This document shows positions 1-9,802 of a DNA stretch of 64,000 bases, piece after piece (position 1 is the first letter of the stretch; each line of letters starts with the position of its first letter). Location: NCBI GenBank assembly GCA_944386635.1, contig CALXBV010000029.1, forward strand, positions 8,896 to 72,895, given 5' to 3'. The stretch is from an uncultured Clostridia bacterium (GTDB taxonomy: Bacteria; Bacillota; Clostridia; TANB77; CAG-465). Both the position numbers and the translations under genes were made by a program. Under the pieces are notes generated by a model. It did no database searches. It worked only from the letters and a program-made list of their open reading frames with translations, and had not been told where the DNA came from.

Positions 1-1632
1 GAGGGATTTATGTCTAGCTCACATTGTAACTATTGTGATGGCGCAAGATTAAAGAAGGAGTCCCTTGCTGTAACAATAGGAAGACTTAATATATACGAGT
101 TATGTTGCAAAAATATCGTATATATAAAAGATTATATAAATAAAGAATATGAAAAGATGGGTAAAAAAGATAAAACAATTGCAGAGCAAATTGTAAAAGA
201 ACTAAATTCTAGACTACAATTTTTGATTGATGTAGGACTTAGTTATCTTACACTATCTAGAAGTGCTGGTACCTTATCTGGGGGAGAATCACAAAGAATA
301 AGACTTGCAACTCAAATTGGATCAGGACTTACAGGAGTATTATATATATTAGATGAGCCAAGTATTGGATTGCATCAAAAAGATAACGAAAAACTATTAA
401 GTTCTTTAAAGAAAATGAGAGATTTAGGGAATACATTAATAGTTGTAGAGCATGATGAAGATACTATGAGACAATCGGATTTTATTGTAGATATAGGACC
501 TGGTGCTGGTGTTCATGGTGGAAATGTTGTATTTGCTGGAAAACCTGAAGATATATTGAATTGTGAAGAATCTATTACTGGAAAATATTTAAGCGGTAAA
601 TTAAAAATTCCTGTTCCTAAGACAAGAAGAAAAACAAAAATAGGATACTTGGAGATAAAAGGTGCAAGGGAACATAATTTAAAAAATATAAATGTTAAAA
701 TTCCTGTAGGAGTATTTAACTGTGTAACTGGTGTATCTGGCTCTGGTAAATCTACACTTGTTAACGAGATATTATATAAAACAATGGCACGTGATTTGAA
801 CAGAGCATATGAGAGACCTGGTAAATATGATAAAATAAAGGGGTTAAATTATTTTGACAAAGTAATAAATATAGATCAATCTCCAATTGGAAGAACGCCT
901 CGCTCTAATCCTGCAACTTACACTGGAATGTTTGATGCAATAAGAGAAATATTTGCAAATACTAATGAAGCAAAGCTTAGAGGATATTCTAAAGGTAGAT
1001 TCAGTTTTAATATTCCAGGAGGTAGGTGTGAAGCCTGTTCTGGTGATGGTATAATTAAAATTGAAATGAATTTTTTACCAGATGTATATGTTCCATGTGA
1101 AGTATGTAAAGGAAAAAGGTATTCAAGAGAAACATTGGAAGTAAAATATAAAGGAAAAAGTATAAGTGATGTATTAGATATGACAGTAGAAGAAGGATTG
1201 GAATTTTTTAAAAATATTCCTACTATTAAAAATAAGCTACAAACATTAATGGATGTAGGACTTGGATATATAAAAATAGGACAATCTTCTACAACACTTT
1301 CTGGTGGTGAAGCTCAAAGAATTAAACTTGCAACAGAGCTATCTAAAAGATCAACTGGTAAAACAATGTACATATTAGATGAGCCAACAACTGGACTTCA
1401 TATGGCTGATGTGCATAAATTAATAAATATATTGCAAAGACTTGTTGATGGTGGCAATACTTTAGTAGTGATTGAGCATAATTTAGATGTAATAAAAAGT
1501 GCAGATAATATAATAGACTTAGGGCCAGAAGGCGGAGATGAAGGTGGACAGATAGTAGCAACAGGTACACCAGAGCAAGTAGCTAAGGTAAATGAAAGTT
1601 ATACTGGAGAGTTCTTAAGAAAAATATTATAA
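1..1632 (+). CDS. uvrA: Excinuclease ABC subunit A, C-terminal ~540 aa (5' end lies outside the window)
   Basis: Frame open from nt 1. Shows UvrA ATPase module signatures [12 protein letters not shown] and [12 protein letters not shown], Walker [10 protein letters not shown], Cys pairs CEACSGDG and CEVCKG, and the typical UvrA C-terminus [19 protein letters not shown]. Confidence 0.93.
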   Translation, partial: EGFMSSSHCNYCDGARLKKESLAVTIGRLNIYELCCKNIVYIKDYINKEYEKMGKKDKTIAEQIVKELNSRLQFLIDVGLSYLTLSRSAGTLSGGESQRIRLATQIGSGLTGVLYILDEPSIGLHQKDNEKLLSSLKKMRDLGNTLIVVEHDEDTMRQSDFIVDIGPGAGVHGGNVVFAGKPEDILNCEESITGKYLSGKLKIPVPKTRRKTKIGYLEIKGAREHNLKNINVKIPVGVFNCVTGVSGSGKSTLVNEILYKTMARDLNRAYERPGKYDKIKGLNYFDKVINIDQSPIGRTPRSNPATYTGMFDAIREIFANTNEAKLRGYSKGRFSFNIPGGRCEACSGDGIIKIEMNFLPDVYVPCEVCKGKRYSRETLEVKYKGKSISDVLDMTVEEGLEFFKNIPTIKNKLQTLMDVGLGYIKIGQSSTTLSGGEAQRIKLATELSKRSTGKTMYILDEPTTGLHMADVHKLINILQRLVDGGNTLVVIEHNLDVIKSADNIIDLGPEGGDEGGQIVATGTPEQVAKVNESYTGEFLRKIL

Positions 1633-1642
1633 AAAAGAAGAA

Positions 1643-1667
1643 AGTGGAAGATAATCTTCCACTTTTA
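1643..1667. terminator. Bidirectional intrinsic terminator between uvrA (+) and the Cys-rich peptide gene (-)
   Basis: Perfect 9-bp stem AGTGGAAGA / TCTTCCACT with a 3-nt loop, followed by TTTT; reads as a terminator on both strands. Confidence 0.7.
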
Positions 1668-1682
1668 TGTATTTATGTGCAA

Positions 1683-1841
1683 TTAGCAACAACAGCAACA
1701 AAGAACTATGATTATTAATACGATCCAAATACAGCAGCAGTTTCCTCCTCCGAAGAATCCGTTACCGCCGAATCCACCGCATCCACAGTTATTGCATCCG
1801 CAACCACCACAGTTGCCACATCCGCATCTTTCATCCATCAT
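1683..1841 (-). CDS. 52-aa Cys/Gly-rich peptide with C-terminal TM helix and poly-Cys tail (MMDERCGCGNCGGCGCNNCGCGGFGGNGFFGGGNCCCIWIVLIIIVLCCCCC); absent from the ORF track because it is short
   Basis: Hand translation of the minus strand. ATG preceded by GAGAGGTG (RBS) at 6-nt spacing; stop TAA; terminator immediately downstream. 18 Cys in 52 residues; Cys codons alternate TGC/TGT/TGC. Confidence 0.55.
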   Translation of the reverse strand: MMDERCGCGNCGGCGCNNCGCGGFGGNGFFGGGNCCCIWIVLIIIVLCCCCC

Positions 1842-2142
1842 TCTGTTCACCTCTCTTTATATATAAACTTCTAACTACTTTCAAAGAAAGTATCGAAGTT
1901 TAATGGTGTAGATGAAGTTCTTTCATTACATATAAAGTATAAAATAATGAGTATTAAGACTAGGATTATTAGCCATACAATATTATCACTATCTATGCAC
2001 ATACATTTCAACTCCTTTGTTTTAGTTGACTATCAACTACTATAATATATTCAAAAAAAAATAAATGGTTACAACATATATATTGAATAATTCAATTATG
2101 TTATGATATAATCTTAAAAGTAAAGAAAAAGGTGGAATAATT

Positions 2143-3501
2143 TTGAACAAAAATGATGAGATTGAATTAGAAATTATAGACAATGGTATTAATTTTGAAG
2201 GAATTTCAAGAGTAGATAATAAGGTTGTTTTTGTACCTGATGCAATAAAGGGTGAGAAGATTCTTGCCAGAATTATAAAAGTAAATAAGAATTTTTGCAT
2301 TGGAAAAATAGAGAATATACTTAAAGAAAGTCCACAAAGGCAAAAGCCTTTTTGTAGCGTATATAAAAGGTGTGGCGGATGCTCCGCTCAGCATATAAAT
2401 TATAAAGCACAACTTGAAATAAAATATGAAAATGTAAAAAATACACTTGAAAAACAAGATATAAAATATGATTGCTTAGAAAAAGTTATAGGAATGGGTA
2501 TACCATATAATTATAGAAACAAGGCACAATATCCGGTAAGAATAGGTAAGGACGGAAAAAGTAAAATTGGTTTTTATGCTAAGAGAAGTCATGAAGTAAT
2601 TGAAAATGAAGAATGCTTAATTCAAAATCAAGATATTGATAGATTATCCAAAGAGGTATTTAAGTTATTACTTTTAAAAGGATTTGTTGGATATAATGAA
2701 CAAAATAGTCATGGTGATATAAGACATATTCTAATTAGAAGAGGATATCATACAAATGAGGTTATGGTAGTTATTGTAGTAAATAAAAAAGAGATTTTCG
2801 ATGATGTTAGAATAGAGGAAATTGTAAAAATTTTAAAAGAAAGTAATGATAATATAAAAAGTATAATATTAAATTTTAATTCTTCAAAAACAAATGAGAT
2901 ACTAGGTAAAGAAGAAAAAATTGCATATGGTACAGAATATATTACGGATTATATTGGAAAGTATAGATATTATATAAGTTCTAAATCTTTTTTTCAAGTG
3001 AATACAATACAGGCAGAGGTGTTATATAACAAATTAAAAGAACTTTTAAATTTGAAAGGAGACGAGATACTTTTTGATTTATATAGTGGTGTAGGCTCAA
3101 TAGGAATATTTTTAAGTGATAGTGTGAAAAAAGTATATGGAATTGAAATAGAAGAGCAGGCAGTAAAAATGGCAAATTTAAATCTAAAAGCAAATCATGT
3201 TAATAATGCAGAATATATAGCAGGAAGTGTAGATAAAAAGATAGTAGAATTTGAAAAAAGAGATATTCATCCAGATGTTATAGTGATTGATCCGCCAAGA
3301 AAGGGATTAGATTTAGAAAGTATAGAATATATAATAAAATTTAGGCCCGAAAAAATCGGATATGTAAGTTGTTCACCAGCAACATTTGCACGTGATTTAA
3401 AACTATTGAGTACATATTATAATATAGGAAAAATAATACCAGTAGACTTATTTCCAAATAGTGTACATATAGAATGTGTTACATCTTTAACTAGGAAATA
3501 A
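2143..3501 (+). CDS. rlmD: 23S rRNA (uracil-C5)-methyltransferase, RumA/RlmD family (TRAM + 4Cys cluster + SAM MTase)
   Basis: TTG start after AAAGGTGG. N-terminal TRAM region, Cys cluster CSVYKRCGGCSAQH, C-terminal MTase motifs DLYSGVGSIG and VIDPPRKG, and the nucleophile region VSCSPATF. Confidence 0.85.
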   Translation: MNKNDEIELEIIDNGINFEGISRVDNKVVFVPDAIKGEKILARIIKVNKNFCIGKIENILKESPQRQKPFCSVYKRCGGCSAQHINYKAQLEIKYENVKNTLEKQDIKYDCLEKVIGMGIPYNYRNKAQYPVRIGKDGKSKIGFYAKRSHEVIENEECLIQNQDIDRLSKEVFKLLLLKGFVGYNEQNSHGDIRHILIRRGYHTNEVMVVIVVNKKEIFDDVRIEEIVKILKESNDNIKSIILNFNSSKTNEILGKEEKIAYGTEYITDYIGKYRYYISSKSFFQVNTIQAEVLYNKLKELLNLKGDEILFDLYSGVGSIGIFLSDSVKKVYGIEIEEQAVKMANLNLKANHVNNAEYIAGSVDKKIVEFEKRDIHPDVIVIDPPRKGLDLESIEYIIKFRPEKIGYVSCSPATFARDLKLLSTYYNIGKIIPVDLFPNSVHIECVTSLTRK

Positions 3502-3548
3502 ATGTAGAATTATATGATTTAAAAATTTAGTAAGTGAAAGGAAATATT

Positions 3549-5471
3549 ATGAACATTTTGGTTTCTGTAAATAAAAAATATGTAAAACAATTAAATATAT
3601 TGCTGAATTCAATAGCGTATTCTAATAAAGAAGAATTTATTATATATGTTTTAAATAAGAATTTAGAAGATGAAGACTTTAAAAATATAACTGGAAATTT
3701 AAACTTAGAAAAATTTAGTATTAAAGATATAAAAATTCCAAAATGCGAAATCGATACGTTTCCAGTTTTAGAAAAGAGATATCCAATAGAAATTTATTTT
3801 AGATTGTTTGCAAGTGAATATTTACCAAAAGAATTAGATAGAATATTATATTTAGATTCAGATACTATTGTAATTAATAGTTTAAATGAATTATACAATA
3901 TGGATTTTGAAAATAATTATTTTATTGCCGCTACACATATAAGAAAAGTATTACATAAATTCAATGAAATAAGATTAAATATTAAAGAAGACGAACCATA
4001 TATAAATACTGGCGTTCTTTTAATTAATTTAAAAGAATTAAGAAAAATAAATGTAAAAGAAAGAATAATAAAATATATAGAAAATAATAAAAAAAGATTA
4101 TTGTTACCAGATCAAGATATAATAGCTTCTCTTTTTGGAGATAAAATAAAACTAGTAGACGAGTTAAAGTACAACTTGGGAGAAGTGGCTTGGCATATGT
4201 ATAATGTTAATAATCCTAATAAGAAAATAACAATAAAATGGATTATAAAAAATACTGTTATTATACATTATTATGGAAGAAATAAACCTTGGAATAAGGA
4301 ATATATTGGAACTTTAGATTGCTTTTATAAAAAGGTGCTAAAGAGGATAAAAAAAGATAAGCCAAAAAAGGTATTAATACTATCATGTGGCACAGGTGGG
4401 GGTCATAATTCAGCGGCAATGGCTGTAAAACAAGCTTTAAATCAAAAAGGTATAGATGCAGATTTTAAAGAATACTTAGAAATAACAAGACCTAGTCTAA
4501 AAGATAAAGTGAATAATTTATATATAAATTCTACAAACAATGAAGGAAAAGTATTTAAGCATGTATATAATTTAGGAAAACTATATCAAAAAACAAGATT
4601 AAAATCACCAGTATATAGTTTAAATAAATTAAATGGAAATAAATTGTATTATTATATAGAAAATAATTTTTATGATTATGTTGTTACAACACATTTGTTT
4701 GCTGCACAGGCTTTAACAGCAATAAAAAAAGAGCACGATATACATTTTATTGCTATTGCAACAGATTATGTAAGTATACCTTTTTGGGAAGAAACGGATC
4801 CTGATTATTTTATAATACCAAGTGACAAATTAAAGTCTGATTTTATAGAAAAAGGAATAAAAGAGGAAAAAATAGTACCTTTAGGAATACCAGTTCAGTT
4901 AGAATGTAGTAAAGAATATAATAAAGATGAAATTAGAAAAGAATTAGGATTGAGTTTAGATGAAAAGTATATATTAGTTTTGACAGGAAGTATGGGATTT
5001 GGAAATATATCAAATTTAATTAAGGCTTTAGTAAAGGAGATAAAAGATAGTAATTTTATAATATCATGCGGGCATAACAACAAGCTGTTACAAGAAATAA
5101 AAAATGACTATAAATATAGTAAAAATATAATGGCCATTCCATTTACACAAAATTTAAATCTTTATATAAAAGCATCTGACATAGTCCTTACAAAGCCAGG
5201 AGGGCTTACAACAACAGAAATTGCAACTATAGGAAAACCTTTTATACATACAATTCCAATTCCTGGTTGTGAAAATTATAATGCTGCATTTTTTGAAAAT
5301 TTAAAAATGTCTATTAAATGTGATACTATAGAAGAAGTTGTATTAAATACAAAAAAATTATTAAATGATGTTAATTTGCAAAAAGAAATGGTAACAAATC
5401 AAAGAAAATATATAAATAGAAATGCTAGTGTTGATATTGCAAATTTTGTCGAAAAACAATTGAAAGTATAA
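3549..5471 (+). CDS. Bifunctional glycosyltransferase: N-terminal GT8 (DxD, LPS glycosyltransferase-like) fused to C-terminal UgtP/MGDG-synthase-like GT28 diacylglycerol glycosyltransferase
   Basis: Residues 1-270 carry YLDSDTIVI (DxD) and HYYGxxKPW, typical of GT8. Residues 275-640 align to B. subtilis UgtP (VLILSCGTGGGHNSAA..., TKPGGLTTTE, NAAFFE). ATG 3549 chosen over the GTG at 3534 because of RBS spacing. Confidence 0.75.
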   Translation: MNILVSVNKKYVKQLNILLNSIAYSNKEEFIIYVLNKNLEDEDFKNITGNLNLEKFSIKDIKIPKCEIDTFPVLEKRYPIEIYFRLFASEYLPKELDRILYLDSDTIVINSLNELYNMDFENNYFIAATHIRKVLHKFNEIRLNIKEDEPYINTGVLLINLKELRKINVKERIIKYIENNKKRLLLPDQDIIASLFGDKIKLVDELKYNLGEVAWHMYNVNNPNKKITIKWIIKNTVIIHYYGRNKPWNKEYIGTLDCFYKKVLKRIKKDKPKKVLILSCGTGGGHNSAAMAVKQALNQKGIDADFKEYLEITRPSLKDKVNNLYINSTNNEGKVFKHVYNLGKLYQKTRLKSPVYSLNKLNGNKLYYYIENNFYDYVVTTHLFAAQALTAIKKEHDIHFIAIATDYVSIPFWEETDPDYFIIPSDKLKSDFIEKGIKEEKIVPLGIPVQLECSKEYNKDEIRKELGLSLDEKYILVLTGSMGFGNISNLIKALVKEIKDSNFIISCGHNNKLLQEIKNDYKYSKNIMAIPFTQNLNLYIKASDIVLTKPGGLTTTEIATIGKPFIHTIPIPGCENYNAAFFENLKMSIKCDTIEEVVLNTKKLLNDVNLQKEMVTNQRKYINRNASVDIANFVEKQLKV

Positions 5472-5509
5472 ATTAGATTTTAAGTATTTTAGAGATTGAA
5501 ATAGTAAAA

Positions 5510-5540
5510 AGCTGTTAAATAGAATTAACAGTTTTTTATT
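5510..5540 (+). terminator. Intrinsic terminator after the glycosyltransferase gene
   Basis: Stem CTGTTAA / TTAACAG followed by TTTTTTATT. Confidence 0.6.
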
Positions 5541-5866
5541 TATTTAAATTTAACTTTAATAGAAATATATAAATAATTAGTAAAATGACAAATAATTATT
5601 TCTAAATCTAGAAATGTAAATTTTTATATCTATTACTATTTATTGTTAGAAGACTAGTTATAAATTATGGTATCTTTGAATGCTAAGTAACAGTTATATT
5701 ATAGCTTTATATTATAGATTTGTATTAATTTAGGTTGTTTTTTGTATTATTTTAAAGATAAAATAAAATATATGTAAAATTATATCATATGTTAATTAAG
5801 TTAAAGAACTTAGTATAACTATTAGAGCACTTAAAAATAAAGGAATTATAATAATATACCCTCACA

Positions 5867-5895
5867 TTTACAAAATATACTTTTAGGGGTATAAT
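5867..5895 (+). promoter_or_regulatory. Sigma-A type promoter for the thioesterase gene
   Basis: -35 TTTACA (5867-5872), 17-nt spacer, -10 TATAAT (5890-5895); RBS GTGAGGA before the ATG at 5917. Confidence 0.6.
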
Positions 5896-5916
5896 AAATA
5901 TTGTGAGGAATAAAAA

Positions 5917-6654
5917 ATGAAAGCAGAATATAAAAGAAATTATCAAATAAACTATACAGAAGTAGATCAAAACTTAAGACTTGGACTTGTATCAGCAATA
6001 ACTTTGCATCAAAATATGGGAACAGAATATTTTGAAAGTTTTAAAAGTGATAATGTTGTATTAAGAAATCAAAATAATGCAGCTTGGGTTGTATCTAAGA
6101 CAAAAGTACATTTTAATCACTATCCTATGTGGAAGGATGTAATTTATGGAGAAAGTTATACAACTAAAGTAAAACCTATTAGAGTAGAAATGGAAACAAC
6201 TTTTAAAAATGATCAACAAGATATTTTATTTGTTACTAAACAGGAGTCATGTGTAATAGATTTAGAAACAAGAAAAGTTAGAAAAATAGATACTGTAAAT
6301 TATCCATTTGATATGGAAATAGAAGAAAATATGATTAAAGACTCATTTTTAAAATTAAATGAAGAATTTTCAGAAGAAGATTTGGTATACACACAAAAAG
6401 TATTTTCGACAGATATAGATTATAGTAGACATACTAATAATGTGGCATATGTTAGATATATTGTAAATGTATTATCTTGCAATTTCTTAGATAGTAATGA
6501 AATAATAGATTTTGAAATCCATTATATAAATGAAAGTAAGGAAGGACAAGTATTAAGAATTTATAAAAAAGAAAAAGAAAATTCAATAGACTTTCTTATA
6601 AAGGAAGAGAATAGAGAAATTGTTAGGGCAAATTTAAAATATAAAAGAATGTGA
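5917..6654 (+). CDS. Acyl-ACP thioesterase (FatA/B-like, hotdog fold)
   Basis: Length and the N-terminal pattern YEVDQNLRLGL...NAAWVVSKTKVHF are typical of the PF01643 acyl-ACP thioesterase family. Confidence 0.7.
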   Translation: MKAEYKRNYQINYTEVDQNLRLGLVSAITLHQNMGTEYFESFKSDNVVLRNQNNAAWVVSKTKVHFNHYPMWKDVIYGESYTTKVKPIRVEMETTFKNDQQDILFVTKQESCVIDLETRKVRKIDTVNYPFDMEIEENMIKDSFLKLNEEFSEEDLVYTQKVFSTDIDYSRHTNNVAYVRYIVNVLSCNFLDSNEIIDFEIHYINESKEGQVLRIYKKEKENSIDFLIKEENREIVRANLKYKRM

Positions 6655-6661
6655 AAAAGTG

Positions 6662-7297
6662 ATGTTGGTGAATAAAATGAAAAAGTTATATAATTTATTT
6701 TATATTTTTATAATAACAAGTATTTGTGGATATATTATTGAATTTATTTGGACTTTGCTTACAAAGGGTGTATTCATTAATCATTCAGCAGTAGTAATTG
6801 GACCATTTAATTTTGCTTATGGTATTTGTGGAGTTGCTCTTACATTGTTATTGTATAAATTTAAAGATGAATCTTATTTAAAGATATTTTTATTTAGTTT
6901 TATTGGCGGTTCTATTTTAGAATATATTATGAGTTGGGGAATGGAGTTAGTTTTAGGCTTTACAGCATGGGATTATTCTAATAGATTTTTAAATATTAAC
7001 GGACGTATTTGTTTGTTATATTCTATATTTTGGGGAATTTTAGGAATTTTATGGATTAAAATTATATATCCACAATTTGAGAAAAATATTAATAAGATTA
7101 ATCAAAAAACATCTAAAATTGTTGCAATTTGTTTAAGTATATTTTTAGTCTTTGACATTCTTTTAACTATTAGTGCTGTAAATAGAGCTCGTGCTGCAGA
7201 TAGAGGTGTTCCGCCAAATAACCGATATGAAGTATTTTTAGATGCTAAATTTAATAGTAAATATTTAAAAAATATGTTTAACAATAATTGGAAGTGA
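6662..7297 (+). CDS. Polytopic integral membrane protein (true start could be ATG 6677)
   Basis: Five to six hydrophobic segments; no catalytic motif recognised. Confidence 0.5.
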   Translation: MLVNKMKKLYNLFYIFIITSICGYIIEFIWTLLTKGVFINHSAVVIGPFNFAYGICGVALTLLLYKFKDESYLKIFLFSFIGGSILEYIMSWGMELVLGFTAWDYSNRFLNINGRICLLYSIFWGILGILWIKIIYPQFEKNINKINQKTSKIVAICLSIFLVFDILLTISAVNRARAADRGVPPNNRYEVFLDAKFNSKYLKNMFNNNWK

Positions 7298-7487
7298 TAT
7301 ATAGATATACTAGTAGTATTTTTCATTAAAATAAAAAATGAAAAATTATATTTAGAATCGTATTAAATTCTGCTAAAGTGTTAATAATGAATACTAATAG
7401 TAAATTTTGTGATAAAAATTTTAATATATGAGGATTAAAAAAATTCATATTAAAATTTTTTTATAAATATAAAAAGGAGGTAAGAAT

Positions 7488-8036
7488 ATGTTTAGAGATA
7501 TTGTAAAAAAATACGAAAAAGGTTCAATTGTTATTTCAATATTAATGTTAATTCTTTCTATTTTCTTAATTTTTATGCCATTTAGTTCTGCTGTATCTGT
7601 GATTTGGATGTTTGGAATATTTACTATAGTAGATGGTATAATTCATATTGTATCTTATTTTAAGACAGAGATAGATAATAGACTTGCAAATTTTGAATTT
7701 GCAGAAGGTATTATGGAAATATTAGCAGGCTTTTTAATATTCATTAGTGCTGAATATTTAGTATTATTTATGCCTATAATGATAGGAGCTTGGATTATTA
7801 TAAAAAGTATTACTAAAATGCAAATAGCATTAAATATGAGAAGTATTGAAAAAAGTAATTGGATTTTGGTATTAGTTTTATCTATTATTACATTATTAAT
7901 TGGTGTATTTATTGTCTTAAATCCATTGCCAGGATTTTTAGCAATAACAATTACAACAGTTGGAATATTACTTGCAACATATGAAATTATAAATCTTATA
8001 GAAGCAATTTATGTTTTGTATAAATTGAAAGATTAA
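7488..8036 (+). CDS. HdeD/DUF308-like membrane protein
   Basis: Strong RBS AAGGAGGT. About 180 aa with repeated DUF308-like TM hairpins. Confidence 0.5.
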   Translation: MFRDIVKKYEKGSIVISILMLILSIFLIFMPFSSAVSVIWMFGIFTIVDGIIHIVSYFKTEIDNRLANFEFAEGIMEILAGFLIFISAEYLVLFMPIMIGAWIIIKSITKMQIALNMRSIEKSNWILVLVLSIITLLIGVFIVLNPLPGFLAITITTVGILLATYEIINLIEAIYVLYKLKD

Positions 8037-8091
8037 TATTATTGAATAAGATTTTAAAAAATAGATGTGTTTTAGAAATTGAAATATTTAT

Positions 8092-8128
8092 GAGAGTAGT
8101 TATATTGATAATTACTCTCAATTTTTTA
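8092..8128 (+). terminator. Intrinsic terminator after the DUF308 gene
   Basis: Stem GAGAGTAGTTAT / ATAATTACTCTC followed by AATTTTTT. Confidence 0.6.
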
Positions 8129-8421
8129 TATATAAAAAATAATAATTTATATGCAAGAACATTATTGGACTAGTGTTTTTTTATAAAATAGTAGTATATT
8201 TCTTAATACTATGTATACAATTTTTGCGTACTTGATTTATTTTATATATGAAGTATAATAATTATATGCAAATAGAAGAAAATATGTTTTATGTTTATAA
8301 CATTATGGCTAGTTTTTTCTTGAAAATATATAGCATAAAATTTTGATTTAATAAATTAAAGTATTTTGCGTTATAGAATTAGAAAAACTTATAAAAAAAT
8401 TAGAAATAGGCAGGGATAATA

Positions 8422-9744
8422 ATGAAAAATTTTAATTTATTTGAAGATAGCAATGATATGAAACAGGCTCCTCTTGCAAGTAGAATGAGACCATTAACAT
8501 TAGATGAAATTATTGGACAACAACATATTATTGGAAAAGACAAACTACTTTATAGAGCGATAAAAGCGGATAGATTAGGGTCTATTATATTATATGGACC
8601 ACCTGGAACAGGAAAGACTACTATTGCAAAGGTGATCTCAAATACAACAGATTCTTATTTTTGTAAATTAAATGCTACCAATGCTGGAATTAAAGATGTA
8701 GAAAAAGTTATAGAAGATGCTAAATTTAATTATGGAGCTTATAAAAAGAAAACCATATTATTTATAGATGAGATACATAGATTTAATAAAAATCAACAAG
8801 ATTATTTACTACCATTTGTTGAAGATGGAATTGTTACTTTGATTGGCGCAACTACCGAAAATCCATATTTTGAAGTAAATAATGCTTTACTTTCAAGATG
8901 TAGAATATTCGAATTAAAGCCTTTGGATAAAGATGATTTGATAAAGGTGATAGATAGGGCATTATCAGATAAGAAAAAAGGATTAGGAGCGGTAAACATA
9001 GCAATTGATAAAGAGGCAAAAGAGTTTTTAGCAGATACAGCAAATGGAGATGCTAGAAGCGTTTTAAATGCTTTAGAATTAGCATACCTTACAACAGCCC
9101 CTGAAAAAGATGGAAGTTTGCATATTACACTTCCTGTTGCAGAGGAGTGTATCCAAAAAAAAGTTATAAGATATGATGTTAATGGAGATAATCACTATGA
9201 TGCTATTTCGGCATTTATAGAATCAATGAAACATACTGAACCGGATGCGACTTTATATTATCTTGCTAGGATGCTAGTTGCTGGAGAAGATATAAAATAT
9301 ATTGCTAGGAGAATATGTGTATGTGCCTCAGAAGATGTAGGACTTGCAAATTCAAAAGCATTAGAGGTCGCAACTACTGCTATGCTTGCAGCTGAAAGAG
9401 TAGGAATGCCAGAAGCTGCGAAAATATTGGCACATGCAGCTTTATATGTATGTTGCTCTCCAAAATCTGATACTGTATATGGAATTTTAGATGCGATGAA
9501 AGAAAAAAAAAAAACAGGAAATATTCCGATTCCTTTATTTTTACAAGATTCTAGTTACAAAAATGCTTATAAGTTAGGTAGAGGAATAGGGCTAGATAAT
9601 ATACATGCATTTCCAAATCACTACTCTGGAAAGAACTGTATGCCTAAGGAATTAGAAAATAAGAGATATTTTAAATTATCAGGAACAGGAAATGAAAAGA
9701 AAATACAAGAATTCTTAGACTATTTAAGAAAAAATTTAAAATAA
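8422..9744 (+). CDS. rarA: Replication-associated recombination protein A (RarA/MgsA), AAA+ ATPase, paralogue 1
   Basis: ASRMRPLTLDEIIGQQHI, Walker A GPPGTGKTT, Walker B LFIDEIHRFNK, sensor GATTENP, and the C-terminal MgsA helical/tetramerisation region. Confidence 0.9.
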   Translation: MKNFNLFEDSNDMKQAPLASRMRPLTLDEIIGQQHIIGKDKLLYRAIKADRLGSIILYGPPGTGKTTIAKVISNTTDSYFCKLNATNAGIKDVEKVIEDAKFNYGAYKKKTILFIDEIHRFNKNQQDYLLPFVEDGIVTLIGATTENPYFEVNNALLSRCRIFELKPLDKDDLIKVIDRALSDKKKGLGAVNIAIDKEAKEFLADTANGDARSVLNALELAYLTTAPEKDGSLHITLPVAEECIQKKVIRYDVNGDNHYDAISAFIESMKHTEPDATLYYLARMLVAGEDIKYIARRICVCASEDVGLANSKALEVATTAMLAAERVGMPEAAKILAHAALYVCCSPKSDTVYGILDAMKEKKKTGNIPIPLFLQDSSYKNAYKLGRGIGLDNIHAFPNHYSGKNCMPKELENKRYFKLSGTGNEKKIQEFLDYLRKNLK

Positions 9745-9802
9745 ATAGAAACCAAAAGATATTATATAAAAGAATAATAGCAAAGTAGAAGGGAAGTTAA
9801 AA

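Noticed and set aside
5859-5912. Mutually exclusive pairings ATACCC/GGGTAT and CCTCACA/TGTGAGG upstream of the thioesterase, suggesting a riboswitch-like RBS sequestration
   Set aside because: The upstream arms lie before or within the promoter -35 and are unlikely to be transcribed; interpreted as coincidental.
8037-8421. LexA (Cheo box CGAACnnnnGTTCG) upstream of rarA or the uvrA-like element
   Set aside because: No match to the Cheo-box consensus was found by eye in 8037-8421 or 9745-9802.
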